Source: Polynucleobacter meluiroseus
GTDB lineage: Bacteria; Pseudomonadota; Gammaproteobacteria; Burkholderiales; Burkholderiaceae
Reading direction: 5' to 3'
DNA: 64,000 nt
Assembly (NCBI GenBank): GCA_943372325.1
Contig: CALRYF010000003.1
Location: 121,577-185,576, forward strand
Part shown: one piece after another, positions 1 through 8,679 of the stretch
How positions within the stretch are numbered: the first letter of the stretch is position 1
Layout of the letters: each line of letters starts with the position of its first letter
The notes under the pieces: model-generated
The model's database searches: none
Seen by the model: only the letters and a program-made list of their open reading frames with translations
What the model was told of the DNA's origin: nothing
Position numbers and translations under genes: made by a program

Positions 1-1170
1 ATTGCGGCATTAACTAATCGTTTTATTGCTGCGATGCATGCTGATTCTGATGAGCTAGAGTTAATGCATCCTGATCAAGAGCCACGTGCTACGGATTACA
101 TTGCGCAAATGCAGGGCATGATCGGCAAACTCATTGAAAACGAATTGGCATACCAAGCTAATGATGGTGATGTCAATTTTGCTGTGCGCCTATTGCCACG
201 TTACGGTCAGTTGTCTGGTAAGACCTTAGATGAGCTCAATGCGGGTGAGCGTGTTGCTGTTGGAGATGGCAAGCGTGATCCATTAGATTTTGTTTTATGG
301 AAAAGCGCTAAGCCAGAGGAGCCTGCTGATACGCGTTGGAAGTCACCATGGGGTGAGGGTCGTCCAGGTTGGCATATTGAGTGCTCGGCAATGTCCTGTG
401 ACTTGCTTGGTGAGCACTTTGACATTCATGGCGGTGGTGCTGACTTACAGTTTCCGCATCATGAAAATGAGATCGCCCAAAGCGAAGGCGCCTTATACGG
501 AAAGGACCGTAAGGAAGCTGATACACCCTTTGTTAATTACTGGATGCATAACGGCCACATTCGGGTGAATGAAGAGAAGATGTCTAAGTCATTAGGCAAT
601 TTCTTTCTCATTCGGGATGTTCTCAAAAGCTTTAACCCTGAAGTACTGCGCTTCTTCATGCTGAAGGCGCATTACCGCAGTCCGATTAATTACAGCGATG
701 CTCAGCTAGAAGAGGCTCGCTCGGGCTTGGCGCGTTTGTATACGGCATTGGCGCATGGTCCTGAAGCCGAAGTAAAACTTCTAGATCCTAATAATCCATG
801 GGCTAAGCGCTTTGCTGATGCCATGAATGATGACTTCAATACGCCAGAGGCGATTGCAGTTTTATTTGACTTGGCTAGCGAAGTAAATCGGGCCCAAGGT
901 GACGAAAAGCAAATGCTTGCAAACACAATGAGGTCGCTGGGAGCTTCTTTGAATTTCTTGCAGCGTAACCCAACCGAGTTTTTGCAAGCGGGATCTAAAG
1001 AGCAAGACGGCTTAAGCCCAGCACAAATTGAAGAGCAAATTTCAGCCCGCGTTGCGGCTAAGCAAGCTAAAGATTTTGCTCAAGCGGATATGATTCGTAA
1101 AACATTATTAGAACAGGGCATCGTTCTAGAAGATAAACCCGGCGGCTTAACAGAATGGCGTAGGGCTTAA
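1..1170 (+). CDS. cysS: cysteine--tRNA ligase, C-terminal ~390 aa (5' end lies upstream of the window)
   Basis: The reading frame is open from base 1. It has the class-I aaRS KMSKS motif ([12 protein letters not shown]), a WHIECSAM segment and [15 protein letters not shown]. Confidence 0.95.
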   Translation: MAALTNRFIAAMHADSDELELMHPDQEPRATDYIAQMQGMIGKLIENELAYQANDGDVNFAVRLLPRYGQLSGKTLDELNAGERVAVGDGKRDPLDFVLWKSAKPEEPADTRWKSPWGEGRPGWHIECSAMSCDLLGEHFDIHGGGADLQFPHHENEIAQSEGALYGKDRKEADTPFVNYWMHNGHIRVNEEKMSKSLGNFFLIRDVLKSFNPEVLRFFMLKAHYRSPINYSDAQLEEARSGLARLYTALAHGPEAEVKLLDPNNPWAKRFADAMNDDFNTPEAIAVLFDLASEVNRAQGDEKQMLANTMRSLGASLNFLQRNPTEFLQAGSKEQDGLSPAQIEEQISARVAAKQAKDFAQADMIRKTLLEQGIVLEDKPGGLTEWRRA

Positions 1171-1835
1171 TGACAGCAGCAAAAGAAATAAAGTCGGAAT
1201 CAGTTTTGCAAGCAATTGCTCCTGACTATTGGGAGCAGGCTTGTAAAGAATTGATGAAGCAAGATCGCATTCTCAAAAAAATCATTCCTAAAATTGGATC
1301 AGGATTTTTAGTGACTCGTGGCGATTCTTTTAATACTTTAGCAAGGTCGATTGTTGGACAGCAGATTTCTGTAGCAGCGGCTCAATCGGTTTGGACTAGG
1401 GTGCTTACTGCTAGCAAAAAGAAGGTCACTCCCAAAAATATCCTAGCGCTTTCCGTAGAAGAATTACGCGCTGCTGGTTTATCTGGACGCAAGGTCGAAT
1501 ACATCCGTGATTTAGCGGATCACTTCGATTCTGGTCGTCTGCACGCGAACCAGTGGAAAGAGATGGACGATGAGAGCGTTATTAAAGAATTAAGCGCTAT
1601 TCGGGGCATTGGTCGCTGGACCGCTGAAATGTTCCTCATTTTCAATATGGTGCGGCCTGATATTCTGCCCCTGGACGATGCTGGCCTGATTAAGGCCATT
1701 TCCCTGAATTACTTCAGTGGAGAGCCTGTGAGCCGTCATGAAGCCCGTGAGGTGGCTGCTAATTGGGCTCCCTGGCGTACGGTTGCCACCTGGTATATGT
1801 GGAGAAGTCTCGACCCAATCCCAGTTGAATATTAA
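1170..1835 (+). CDS. HhH-GPD family DNA glycosylase (3-methyladenine DNA glycosylase II-like)
   Basis: It has a helix-hairpin-helix region (IRGIGRWTAEMFLIF), the LPLDDAGL catalytic Asp segment and QQISVAAAQSVW. Its ATG overlaps the cysS stop (TAATG). Confidence 0.8.
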   Translation: MTAAKEIKSESVLQAIAPDYWEQACKELMKQDRILKKIIPKIGSGFLVTRGDSFNTLARSIVGQQISVAAAQSVWTRVLTASKKKVTPKNILALSVEELRAAGLSGRKVEYIRDLADHFDSGRLHANQWKEMDDESVIKELSAIRGIGRWTAEMFLIFNMVRPDILPLDDAGLIKAISLNYFSGEPVSRHEAREVAANWAPWRTVATWYMWRSLDPIPVEY

Positions 1836-1844
1836 AATCAGGCT

Positions 1845-2816
1845 ATGAAAACAACTTTCCTAGATTTTGAGCAGCAAATCGCGGAATTAGAATCCAAGAT
1901 TGAAGAACTGCGTTTTGTACAAGATGAGTCATCGGTAGATATCTCCGATGAGATCAAAACGCTTGCAGAAAAAAGTCAGCAGCTGACAAAAGATGTTTAT
2001 GCCAATCTCACTCCTTGGCAGGTGTCTCAAGTGGCGCGTCATCCACAGCGTCCTTACACCCTCGATTATGTTGGCGCCTTGTTTACTGACTTTCATGAAT
2101 TGCATGGCGATCGTACTTTTGCAGATGATCAATCCATCATCGGCGGCTTAGCCCGTTTTGAAAATCAACCTTGTATGGTGATTGGTCACCAAAAGGGTCG
2201 CGATACTAAAGAGCGTGCTCTCAGAAACTTTGGTATGAGTCGTCCTGAGGGCTATCGTAAAGCGATGCGCTTGATGCGCCTGGCAGAAAAGTTTGGTATC
2301 CCTGTTTTTACTTTTGTTGATACACCTGGTGCATTTCCAGGGATTGATGCCGAAGAACGTAATCAGTCTGAGGCGATTGGTCGAAACCTATACGTGCAAG
2401 CAGAACTCGAAGTTCCTATCATCGCTACCATTATTGGTGAGGGTGGCTCTGGCGGTGCTTTAGCCATCGCCATGGGTGACGTAGTTCTGATGTTGCAAAA
2501 CTCTACTTACTCAGTGATCTCACCTGAAGGTTGTGCTTCCATCTTATGGAAGACGGCTGACAAGGCGCCTGAGGCTGCTGAGCAGCTGGGCCTTACTGCA
2601 CAGCGCTTAAAAACCTTAGGCCTGATTGATAAAATTGTGGCTGAGCCTACCGGTGGCGCACATCGCGACTACGACAATATGATGAGCAATATGCGTAAAG
2701 CACTCACTGAATCCTTAAAAACTTTCGATGGGATGAAAGTGGATGCATTACTTGAGCGTCGTCATGAGCGTTTGATGAGTTATGGCAAGTTCAAGGAAAT
2801 CACAGCAAAGTCCTAA
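1845..2816 (+). CDS. accA: acetyl-CoA carboxylase carboxyltransferase subunit alpha
   Basis: The 323-aa length fits, as do the AccA strings [34 protein letters not shown] and [11 protein letters not shown]. Confidence 0.95.
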   Translation: MKTTFLDFEQQIAELESKIEELRFVQDESSVDISDEIKTLAEKSQQLTKDVYANLTPWQVSQVARHPQRPYTLDYVGALFTDFHELHGDRTFADDQSIIGGLARFENQPCMVIGHQKGRDTKERALRNFGMSRPEGYRKAMRLMRLAEKFGIPVFTFVDTPGAFPGIDAEERNQSEAIGRNLYVQAELEVPIIATIIGEGGSGGALAIAMGDVVLMLQNSTYSVISPEGCASILWKTADKAPEAAEQLGLTAQRLKTLGLIDKIVAEPTGGAHRDYDNMMSNMRKALTESLKTFDGMKVDALLERRHERLMSYGKFKEITAKS

Positions 2817-4104
2817 ACTGGGAAAACGAATTGCGGTTGCCCTCAGCGGTGGCCTCGATTCGGTTGTGTTGCTCGATACGGTTTGCAAAGCGCAAGCTAA
2901 TGCAAGCAACCAAAACAAAAATCAAATCTATGCCTTTCATATTCATCATGGATTGCAAAAACCTGCAGATGAATGGTTGATCTTTTGCGAGAAGCTCGCT
3001 AAACAATATAAGATCCACTTTGATTTCAGACTGCTTCATCTCAACGCCGAAGAAGCGCAAGGTAATATCGAAGCGAGAGCAAGAGCAGGGCGTTATGAAG
3101 CCCTCACAGATCTGTGTGAAGAATATGGCATTGAAGACCTGCTCTTAGCGCATCATCAAAACGATCAAGCAGAGACTGTTTTATTGCAGCTCCTGCGCGG
3201 TTCAGGGGTGGCGGGCTTATCTGGTATGCCATCCAGTAGAAAAATCACTACCCAAGGTCAAAGCCACCAGGGCATCACACTTTGGCGACCACTCTTAGAT
3301 CAAAGTCGGCAAGAGCTTGAGGCGTACGCTAAAGAACACAAACTGAAATGGATCGAAGATCCCAGCAATCAAGATACAAAGTACCGCCGTAATGCAGTGC
3401 GCAAGAAAATCATTCCTGCCTTAGAAAAGATTCAGCCTGAAGCGTTAGCCAATATGGCACGTAGTGCTAATCTTTTAGGTGAAGCGCAAACATTACTCAA
3501 TCGCTTAGCGCAGCAAGACGGCAAAACTATTCTCAATCAAGACAAACTAAAAGTATTGCCCTTGCTCACCTTGGCTAAGGATGATTTGCCTGCGGCAAAT
3601 AATGTCTTGCGGTACTGGTTACAAACGCAACATTTGGCGATGCCATCACAAGAGCGCTTGCAGGCTTGGTGGCGTGATCTTGCTAAAGTCAAAGCAGATG
3701 CCAATCTTGAATGGCAACATGATGAGAGAAAGATTTACCTTTGGCGCGGTGTGCTGCAAGTAGCGAATATAGAAGCAGGGCGCTGGGTTCTTAAAACATT
3801 AGCAGCCAACTCTAAGAAATTGGGTTTGCCCGCTGATTGGGTCACTGAAGCCCAAAAGAATCAACAAATCCATCTTAAAGAACGTCTAGGTTCAGAGAGG
3901 ATCCAGATCAAGCCTAAGACGCCTCGTAAAACACTTAAAAACCTCTTCCAAGAGGCTGATGTGCCGCCTTGGGAGCGTCATGCGCCATTGCTCTTTATCA
4001 ATGATGAATTGGTCGCCGTAGCCGGGATTGGGCTTAGTTATCCACTCCTCACGTCCACGGGTAGGCGTGTGCTCCCGGAATGGGTACAAAACCCTGTAAA
4101 ATAA
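2782..4104 (+). CDS. tilS: tRNA(Ile)-lysidine synthetase
   Basis: It has the N-terminal PP-loop SGGLDS, the internal [19 protein letters not shown] motif and a C-terminal TilS domain. Its start overlaps accA by 35 nt, so the exact start is uncertain. Confidence 0.88.
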   Translation: MASSRKSQQSPKLGKRIAVALSGGLDSVVLLDTVCKAQANASNQNKNQIYAFHIHHGLQKPADEWLIFCEKLAKQYKIHFDFRLLHLNAEEAQGNIEARARAGRYEALTDLCEEYGIEDLLLAHHQNDQAETVLLQLLRGSGVAGLSGMPSSRKITTQGQSHQGITLWRPLLDQSRQELEAYAKEHKLKWIEDPSNQDTKYRRNAVRKKIIPALEKIQPEALANMARSANLLGEAQTLLNRLAQQDGKTILNQDKLKVLPLLTLAKDDLPAANNVLRYWLQTQHLAMPSQERLQAWWRDLAKVKADANLEWQHDERKIYLWRGVLQVANIEAGRWVLKTLAANSKKLGLPADWVTEAQKNQQIHLKERLGSERIQIKPKTPRKTLKNLFQEADVPPWERHAPLLFINDELVAVAGIGLSYPLLTSTGRRVLPEWVQNPVK

Positions 4105-4165
4105 GCCCTTTTTAGACCCTCAAGGAATCAATTCCTTGTTACAGATAGTTAGATAGACGGTTTTT

Positions 4166-5416
4166 ATGGCTCTTATCGTTCATAAATATGGCGGCACCTC
4201 AATGGGCTCAACTGAGCGCATTGCGAATGTTGCTAAACGCGTAGCTAAATGGATGCGTGCTGGTCACCAAGTGGTGGTCGTGCCCTCAGCGATGTCTGGC
4301 GAGACCAATCGCTTGCTGGGCCTTGCAAAAGAGATTAATCCTGAAGCAAGTCCACGTGAGTTAGATCAGATTGCTTCCACTGGTGAGCAAGTAAGCTCTG
4401 GTTTATTAGCCTTGGCATTGATGCGTGAAGGGATTGATGCAGTTAGTTATGCAGGTTGGCAAGTAACTGTACATACCGATTCCTCATTTACTAAAGCGCG
4501 TATCAAAAGTATTGATGATCAAAAAATCTTGGCAGATCTCAATGCTGGTCGCGCTGTAGTAGTGACTGGTTTCCAAGGTGTTGATTCTGACGGCAACATC
4601 ACAACGCTTGGTCGTGGTGGTTCAGACACATCGGCCGTAGCAATGGCAGCAGCTTTAAAAGCGGACGAGTGTTTAATCTATACCGACGTAGATGGTGTTT
4701 ATACAACCGACCCACGTGTTTGCGAAGAGGCACGTCGTTTAGACAAAATTACTTTTGAAGAGATGCTCGAAATGGCAAGCTTAGGTTCAAAGGTATTGCA
4801 GATTCGTTCAGTTGAATTTGCAGGTAAGTACAAAGTTAAAACCCGGGTGCTGTCTTCATTGACAGACCCATTAATGCCTTTAGACCAAGAGATGAAGTCG
4901 GGCACCTTGATTACATTTGAAGAGGACAGCACTATGGAAGCCGCAGTTATTTCCGGCATCGCCTTTGCGCGTGATGAAGCGAAAATTACCGTTCTTGGAG
5001 TTCCTGATCGTCCAGGTATTGCCTATCAAATTCTGGGTCCGATTGCGGATGCCAATATTGATGTGGATATCATTATTCAGAACCAATCGGTAGATGGTAA
5101 GACGGACTTCACCTTCACAGTCCCACGCGCTGATTATCAAAAAGCATTAGATATTCTGAAGAACACAGTGCAAGCGCACATCGAAGCAAAAGAAATCTCT
5201 GGTGATCCAAAGGTATCTAAAGTTTCAGTAGTGGGCGTAGGTATGCGTTCTCACGTTGGTATTGCCAGCAAGATGTTCCGCACCTTGTCAGAAGAGGGCA
5301 TCAATATCCTGATGATCTCCACAAGCGAAATCAAGATCTCAGTAGTAATCGATGAGAAATACATGGAATTGGCTGTACGCGCCTTGCATAAGGCATTTGA
5401 GTTAGATCAGAAGTAA
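4166..5416 (+). CDS. lysC: aspartate kinase
   Basis: It starts with VHKYGGTSMGS, contains TTLGRGGSDTSAVA and YTDVDGVYTTDPR, and ends in two ACT-like regions. Confidence 0.95.
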   Translation: MALIVHKYGGTSMGSTERIANVAKRVAKWMRAGHQVVVVPSAMSGETNRLLGLAKEINPEASPRELDQIASTGEQVSSGLLALALMREGIDAVSYAGWQVTVHTDSSFTKARIKSIDDQKILADLNAGRAVVVTGFQGVDSDGNITTLGRGGSDTSAVAMAAALKADECLIYTDVDGVYTTDPRVCEEARRLDKITFEEMLEMASLGSKVLQIRSVEFAGKYKVKTRVLSSLTDPLMPLDQEMKSGTLITFEEDSTMEAAVISGIAFARDEAKITVLGVPDRPGIAYQILGPIADANIDVDIIIQNQSVDGKTDFTFTVPRADYQKALDILKNTVQAHIEAKEISGDPKVSKVSVVGVGMRSHVGIASKMFRTLSEEGINILMISTSEIKISVVIDEKYMELAVRALHKAFELDQK

Positions 5417-5489
5417 GTCAAAAAGCGTAATAAATCCCTCAAAAGCGGTTATCCGTTAAACTGTGGGACGTTGTAATAGTAAGAAGTAC

Positions 5490-5584
5490 GGAGACGTGGC
5501 CGAGCTGGTCGAAGGCACTCCCCTGCTAAGGGAGCATCGGGGCTAAAACTCTGATCGGAGGTTCGAATCCTCTCGTCTCCGCCA
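5490..5584 (+). tRNA. tRNA-Ser (GCU anticodon), CCA encoded
   Basis: The sequence GGAGACGTGGCCGAGCTGGTCGAAGGC...CTCCC-CTGCTAA-GGGAG...GGTTCGAATCC...CGTCTCCGCCA folds as a cloverleaf. It has a long variable arm, and the anticodon loop reads GCT. Confidence 0.9.
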
Positions 5585-5599
5585 AGGAGTCAATAGGTA

Positions 5600-5628
5600 A
5601 AAGGGCTTTTTAGCCCTTTTTTCTTTTT
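5600..5628 (+). terminator. rho-independent terminator after tRNA-Ser
   Basis: AAAGGGCT-TTTT-AGCCCTTT is a perfect 8-bp stem followed by a T-run. Confidence 0.8.
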
Positions 5629-5660
5629 CACCACAATTTTCCCCATATTTAATCCTCAAT

Positions 5661-5696
5661 CCACTCCTCGGAGTGGTTTTTTATTGCCCAATCTAG
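5661..5696 (+). repeat. cassette repeat copy 1: hairpin CCACTC-CTCG-GAGTGG + T6 + ATTGCCCAATCTAG
   Basis: It is near-identical to 8644-8679, and to 5952-5977 as far as TTATTGC. It is terminator-like, yet no gene lies immediately upstream. Confidence 0.7.
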
Positions 5697-5776
5697 GGCA
5701 ATACCTATTCCAAACCTTCAACATACTTATGCTAGGATTTGATTGTGAATACCCCACTACCTATAGGAGATTAAAC

Positions 5777-5905
5777 ATGCCAGTACAACAGATTGAATTA
5801 GAAGAGGTAACAATGATGGAGGCGAGTGATAATGCTTTAGAGGTAAGTGGAGGTGGGGCTGCAGCAGCAACTTACTCCCTTCCTACCCTTGCCTGGCCCT
5901 GCTAA
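5777..5905 (+). CDS. candidate RiPP/bacteriocin-type precursor peptide A (42 aa): MPVQQIELEEVTMMEASDNALEVSGGGAAAATYSLPTLAWPC
   Basis: An AGGAGA Shine-Dalgarno sits 7 nt upstream of the ATG at 5777. The leader is 18/26 identical to the peptide at 8488, and a hairpin-T6 terminator follows. The ORF track lists it only as the tail of a 73-aa TTG-start ORF. Confidence 0.6.
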   Translation: MPVQQIELEEVTMMEASDNALEVSGGGAAAATYSLPTLAWPC

Positions 5906-5951
5906 CCTAAATTGCGTATTCTTTTGGGTGATTTTTATGCTGCACCACCAA

Positions 5952-5977
5952 CCACTCTTCGGAGTGGTTTTTTATTG
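5952..5977 (+). terminator. cassette repeat copy 2 / terminator of peptide A (CCACTC-TTCG-GAGTGG + T6)
   Basis: A perfect 6-bp stem carries a UUCG tetraloop and is followed by a T-run. Homology to copies 1 and 3 stops after TTATTGC, where the IS-like remnant begins. Confidence 0.75.
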
Positions 5978-6280
5978 CTAAGGTTTTCTGTGTATTTGTT
6001 CAAACTCTAGCGCTTTTTGGAATAAAGCCAATTCTTTTTCCTTATCTTCTTTCTGCTTAATCAAGTCTTTTCCTCTAATAACCTGGCTTTCCTTTAAAAG
6101 TCTTTGAAGGGTAGGCTTAACGCTACTCTTGTTGGACTTCATTTCCCAAAAGTCACTTTTAAATCTATTGAAATTTTTTTTACTCGCCCATCTATTTAAC
6201 AAAGCAGGAGATAGGCCTTAAGAAGCTGAGATCTGCTTAACCCACTGTATCCCGACCTCGCCTTTACAATCTGTTTCCAT
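5978..6280 (-). pseudogene. decayed IS3-family orfA (HTH_Tnp_1-like transposase N-terminal protein)
   Basis: The minus-strand translation is METDCKGEVGIQWVKQISAS*GLSPALLNRW...TLQRLLKESQVIRGKDLIKQKEDKEKELALFQKALEF. It combines a GIS-x-x-L-x-RW type helix-turn-helix with a coiled-coil tail and is broken by an in-frame stop. No orfB is present. Confidence 0.45.
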
Positions 6281-6340
6281 GCGTCAGAACTGCATAGTAA
6301 TATGCAGTTACTAGTCCATCAGAAAGAAAGGCATGATCCC

Positions 6341-6814
6341 ATGTTCAGAAAACTTGCTATTTCCCTTTTACTTCTTGCTTGTTCTTTTAGTACGTCTTCA
6401 CAAAATGCTAAAGACCCAGTGAGTTGGTTGTTTTTAGTGAATGCTAAAAGTGTTGCCATTGAAGGAAATAAACTAATTCTGAGTAATGTCAAGCCGAATG
6501 TAGTAGCATTTAGTGACCGTCCATTTCGTAAGGCTAAGCACATTTCTGCAACTACTTTAAGTAAGCTTTGGCAAGATTCTAGAAGTGCTGATAGCTTTAA
6601 AAAAGATCCTCCTAATGCAGTAATAGTGGCGAGTAATGCTGATGGGACTTTGTCAAAAGATATGGTGGTGGAGTTAACAGGCGCTCAATATGCCAGTAAC
6701 AAGCTCACTTTTACCTTTAAAACCATTAGGGGTGAACTAGACGGCGTAACAAATGAACCTAGTCTATTCATAGACACTGGCGGCTTGATGCAGCTTGTAA
6801 ATTACCAGCCCTAG
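6341..6814 (+). CDS. small secreted protein of unknown function (157 aa)
   Basis: A Sec signal peptide (MFRKLAISLLLLACSFSTSSQNA) starts at the internal ATG at 6341. I recognise no catalytic motif. Confidence 0.6.
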   Translation: MFRKLAISLLLLACSFSTSSQNAKDPVSWLFLVNAKSVAIEGNKLILSNVKPNVVAFSDRPFRKAKHISATTLSKLWQDSRSADSFKKDPPNAVIVASNADGTLSKDMVVELTGAQYASNKLTFTFKTIRGELDGVTNEPSLFIDTGGLMQLVNYQP

Positions 6815-7046
6815 CATCCATCAAGATGTCCAACTTATCGTCTAAGATGTTAATTAATTTGCCATATTGCTTAGAATGTAAGTTCGACATAGTATCAAGC
6901 CACCCTACGGAGTAGTTTTTCTGCATATGAAAAACCCCAGCCTATCCCCTCCTATCGGAGGGTGTTCAGCAGTCAGGAACTATCTAATAATTTGACGTGA
7001 ACACAGATGCACTGCCATATATATAACGCGGTGAAGTACCCCGCTA

Positions 7047-8153
7047 GTGCAAATGATTAAATTTGAAGAAGAGACCATGGTAGAAATCGGTGATGAAGTT
7101 TTGCAACAGCAGACTGTCAAGCAAACCCTTTTTGATTTAGACTCTTTTTCTAAAAAATATCTCCTTGATTGGGAGAAAAAGTCCACGGTGAGATCTGGCA
7201 AGAGAAGTCGTCTAGACAAGACAATGATCTCAAAGGTAGAGTTCCCGTACATCATTAAGCAATTTCTTCAGTATCCAGAAATTAAGGCCTTGAGCCAAGA
7301 GGAGTTGCAGCCCTTTTATCTACAGTCATTATGTAATGTGCTGTACGGCGTGACTCAATTTGAAGTTAACTTTGTTGCTGATCAATGTGGAAAGTTAGCC
7401 AATAAAGATTTAGGAGTTGAGCTCAGCACTTCCATTGCGCAGGTAGCGCTTGCAATTGGTACTGATGAGATGTATCACGCTTTTGCGGCAAGAGAATTAC
7501 TAGCTGACATTGAGGAGTTGACAGGAGTTATTCCAGAAGCTGCTCAGAAATCAAGCTCACAACCACGAAAAGATGATTTAGGAAGCTCTAACAAGCAGAC
7601 TAAAGCGCCTTTTTCTCCCGCCGAATATTTTAAAAATGCAGTGCCTGAAAAATTAGAGCGGATAGCTGAAACTACTTTGCTATGTATTTTAGAAAATGCA
7701 ATCGTAGATGATTTATTTGAAATGGCTAAAGATTTTCAGACTACCAATCCTGTAGCCATATACAACCGAGAGCATTTACATGATGAAGGTCGTCATAAGG
7801 TATTTTTTCAGCGTCTATTGAAATATATATGGGGCGCTCTCTCAGAGGGGGATCGCATCTGTTTAGGGCAGGCTATTGCTGGGTATTATGAAAACTATTC
7901 TCGGCCGCCGTCTTATGATGAGCTGCTGCAAGTTACATCTATAAATCTTCAAAAACTTCCTTTATCTGAGGATGTCGTTCAGTCGATTGCACCGCGGGTA
8001 GCTAAATCAATGACTAGTCAGCCTCTGCATGAAACAGACTTTTTTAAGAATCCAATGCGGTTGATGGCTTTTGCAGGGATCTCAGACCATCTCCCAACCC
8101 GCGAATTGTTCCTGAAGATTGGTTTAATTGCTCCATCACTAGAAACTGCGTAA
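7047..8153 (+). CDS. AurF-type (ferritin-like) diiron oxygenase
   Basis: Candidate ligands are E106, E141xxH144 (DEMYH), E216, and H243-x3-E247-x2-H250 (HLHDEGRH). This spacing matches the seven-ligand AurF/CmlI pattern. The start may instead be the ATG at 7077. Confidence 0.7.
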   Translation: MQMIKFEEETMVEIGDEVLQQQTVKQTLFDLDSFSKKYLLDWEKKSTVRSGKRSRLDKTMISKVEFPYIIKQFLQYPEIKALSQEELQPFYLQSLCNVLYGVTQFEVNFVADQCGKLANKDLGVELSTSIAQVALAIGTDEMYHAFAARELLADIEELTGVIPEAAQKSSSQPRKDDLGSSNKQTKAPFSPAEYFKNAVPEKLERIAETTLLCILENAIVDDLFEMAKDFQTTNPVAIYNREHLHDEGRHKVFFQRLLKYIWGALSEGDRICLGQAIAGYYENYSRPPSYDELLQVTSINLQKLPLSEDVVQSIAPRVAKSMTSQPLHETDFFKNPMRLMAFAGISDHLPTRELFLKIGLIAPSLETA

Positions 8154-8487
8154 CGAGCAAGTTAATAACTTATCAAACTAGTATTGCCCTTGTTTATAAA
8201 AAGGCGCTTACTTTTTGCCCATCCATTCCAAGCGGTGTTAATACATCATTCTTTACTTCTTAGAGCCTGCACTTTTGATGGGGCACTATTAGATTAGTTT
8301 ATATCTCTTGTAAGGTAAAACCCTTGGGCAGATTTTGCATCTTAGGGTCACTGGACCAATGCCCACTTTATAACCATTCTACGAAGCAGTTTTTATTGTC
8401 CAATTTAGTGAATAACCTGTTTCAATAATTCAAATAGGTATGCTATCGTTTAGCTGTGGATAACCCACACCTTTAAGGGGATTAAAG

Positions 8488-8622
8488 ATGCCAGTACAAA
8501 TGATTGAATTAGAAGAAGTATCTTTGGTTGAGGCTAGTGATGATGTTTTGGAAATGAGTTTGGGTAATAGCGCGCAGTGTGTAACTGCCCCTACCTCAGG
8601 ATGCTGCTGTTGGGATACGTAA
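8488..8622 (+). CDS. candidate RiPP/bacteriocin-type precursor peptide B (44 aa): MPVQMIELEEVSLVEASDDVLEMSLGNSAQCVTAPTSGCCCWDT
   Basis: It is too short to appear in the ORF track. An AAGGGGA Shine-Dalgarno sits 7 nt upstream of the ATG. The leader and about 100 nt upstream are homologous to peptide A, and a hairpin-T6 terminator follows. Confidence 0.6.
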   Translation: MPVQMIELEEVSLVEASDDVLEMSLGNSAQCVTAPTSGCCCWDT

Positions 8623-8643
8623 TGTATCTTGCAGTATTACTAA

Positions 8644-8679
8644 CCACTCTATGGAGTGGTTTTTTATTGCCCAATCTAG
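8644..8679 (+). terminator. cassette repeat copy 3 / terminator of peptide B (CCACTC-TATG-GAGTGG + T6 + ATTGCCCAATCTAG)
   Basis: A perfect 6-bp stem is followed by a T-run. Outside the loop, the 36 nt match copy 1. Confidence 0.75.

Noticed and set aside
207-568. Many 60-130-aa ORFs in the track lie antisense to, or out of frame within, long well-supported genes. Examples are 207-425, 290-568, 12203-12538, 20314-20574, 38509-38796 and 62677-63004.
   Set aside because: They are fully nested in genes with strong family motifs. They have no Shine-Dalgarno sequence and no recognisable motif, so they are typical shadow ORFs.
5684-5905. The 73-aa version of the peptide-A ORF, starting at an upstream TTG.
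   Set aside because: The upstream 31 codons run through the conserved non-coding 5' region shared with peptide B. The AGGAGA Shine-Dalgarno and the homology to peptide B both point to the ATG at 5777.
6826-6995. Two tiny ORFs between the secreted-protein gene and the diiron gene, considered as extra precursor peptides. They are a 29-aa ORF (MSNLSSKMLINLPYCLECKF...) and a 22-aa ORF (MKNPSLSPPIGGCSAV...).
   Set aside because: They show no similarity to the shared leader of peptides A and B and have no convincing Shine-Dalgarno sequence. They also overlap terminator-like hairpins. They cannot be excluded, but nothing supports them.
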